Made by a program: the position numbers and the translations under genes. A stretch of 64,000 nucleotides of DNA from Heptranchias perlo (taxonomy: Eukaryota), in NCBI RefSeq assembly GCF_035084215.1, contig NC_090331.1, positions 72,788,001 through 72,852,000 of the forward strand. Reading direction: 5' to 3'. A model generated the notes under the pieces. That model ran no database searches. It saw nothing but the letters and a program-made list of their open reading frames with translations, and was not told where the DNA came from. This document shows, piece after piece, positions 62,296 through 64,000 of this stretch. Position 1 is the stretch's first letter, and each line of letters begins with the position of its first letter.

Positions 62296-62973
62296 CCCCA
62301 TCTTACATATCATCACTACACATCTTCCCATCTTAAAAATCCATTACTACACATCTTCCCATCTTAAAAACCCATCACTACACATCTCCCCATCTTACAT
62401 ATCACGACACACCTCCCCATCTTACATACACAAGACTACACACCTCCCCATCTTACACACCCATTACGACACACCTCCCCATCTTACACACCTCCCCATC
62501 TTACACACCCATTACTACACACCTCCCCATCTTACACACCTCCCCATCTTACACACCCATTACTACACATCTCCCCATCTTACATATCACTACACACCTC
62601 CCCATCTTACACACCCATTACTACACATCTCCCCATCTTACATATCATCTCCACATCATACATATCACTACACACCTCCCCATCTTACACACCCATTACT
62701 ACACACCTCCCTATCTTACATACCATTACTACACACCTCCCCATCTTACATACCATAACTACACACCTCCCCATCTTACATACCATAACTACACACCTCC
62801 CCATCTTACATACCATTACCACATATCTCCCCATCTTACATACCCAGTACTACACACCCATTACCACACACCTTCCTATCCTACATACCCATTACTACAC
62901 ATCTCCTCATCTTACATACCCATTATTACACACCTCCCCATCTTACACACCCATGACCACACACCTCCCCATC
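62296..62973. repeat. Minisatellite, ~31-bp unit CACACCTCCCCATCTTACATACCCATTACTA with 18-30-bp variants
   Basis: More than 20 copies of the CCCCATCTTACA core are visible. Confidence 0.95.
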
Positions 62974-64000
62974 AATCCCAGTTTGTAATTTAACAAAGGA
63001 AATTGAAATTACAAATGTTCTGATTTCCATAATATTTAAAATATTTGGAATTCAATCAAATATTTTTAGAAGCAAATTGTATTTTCAATAAATAAGTGAA
63101 AGGAAAAGAACATTTGCTTTTAACTAAAATTTTTCTTATTGAAATTTAAATTGCTTTTAATTGCAAAAAAATTACACAATGATAAATTTTTGAGCCCAGT
63201 GACTTTCTTTCTTCCTTTGTTGGACATGAGCCTGTTTTCATTAGTGATAGCAAACTGATCATTTATACTTCTAACTCTAGTTAAATGCCAGTTTCTTCCT
63301 CTGCCTTCTCTTCTCCAGGATGGCTACTCGTGTCCTGTTGGGAGAATACAGGATCCCACAATCATTGTTATTACAATACTTTAATAACATTTCATTCACA
63401 TACACAACACCGCTATCTTTTAACTGAGCATTATAAAATGAAGACACAGCAGGATTCCAGTGGAAATATTTTTTACACAAATGGCTGTCAGTGCCATGGT
63501 ATTTGGTCAGAGTTCATTTGTACATACACTTGTGTCCAGTGGGAACTTGCCATGTATTCTCTGTTCGTACCCATGCTTCATTTTCTTTTCCAATATACAA
63601 ATATCAATGATCAAGAAAACTCAGTCAGTATTGCCCTAACATCTGCATCACTCAGTCATCAGTCAAAGTATAACAATCTTCCCCTTCAGGTTTGTGAGCC
63701 AATCTGTCTAATTGAGCTCATTCCTATTAATAAAGCAAAACAGGCCGATTCCCATAATGATCTGAGCACGATAACCTATATGGATAGAATGATTCACCCA
63801 AGCATACATTATCGTGGGAACGGTAGTCTGCAGCAAAGGGAAAGTTTTGAATGACAAGCACTAGTACAACTCAAATTTTTCATGATCCAAATTGCAGATA
63901 TTAAATAGCCTGCAAGCCATTAGTAAGGTCTCCACATTAATAATGAAATGCACAAGTCCATTCAGCTCCTCAAAGATGTGAGAGACTTCGGGTCTATCAA

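Noticed and set aside
62258-62758. 166-aa His/Pro/Thr/Tyr-rich ORF
   Set aside because: Translation of the minisatellite; its low-G composition keeps frames open; no gene structure.
62296-62973. CRISPR-like array
   Set aside because: Contiguous tandem units without unique spacers; eukaryotic context; no cas genes.
63285-63854. 189-aa ORF
   Set aside because: No recognisable domain, splice pattern or compositional signal.

Overview
Eukaryotic DNA, most likely cartilaginous fish (inferred from the crystallin type and the repeat families). The window holds a tandem cluster of three-exon gamma-crystallin genes of the shark 'gamma-S-1-like' type: MGK exon, 243-nt exon 2, 276-nt exon 3, nearly all on the minus strand. 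Two copies are cleanly intact (31845-35488, 43300-44835). One (1916-3747) has an intact CDS but its promoter sits beyond an internal duplication. Four are pseudogenes or partial relics, and one exon fragment is inverted. The rest is dense with mobile DNA: CR1, L2, another Jockey-group LINE, Tx1, Penelope-like elements, DeuSINE-type SINEs, Harbinger and hAT derivatives, and a solo LTR. Most notable: (i) tiny insertions built around a minimal hammerhead ribozyme, two with 13-bp target duplications; (ii) a decayed class I viral fusion (env-like) gene; (iii) a composite Harbinger element that carries a CR1 tail and occurs twice; (iv) a crystallin gene apparently borrowing the promoter of a collapsed neighbour. 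All calls are by eye. Exon boundaries were counted by hand; repeat boundaries are approximate.
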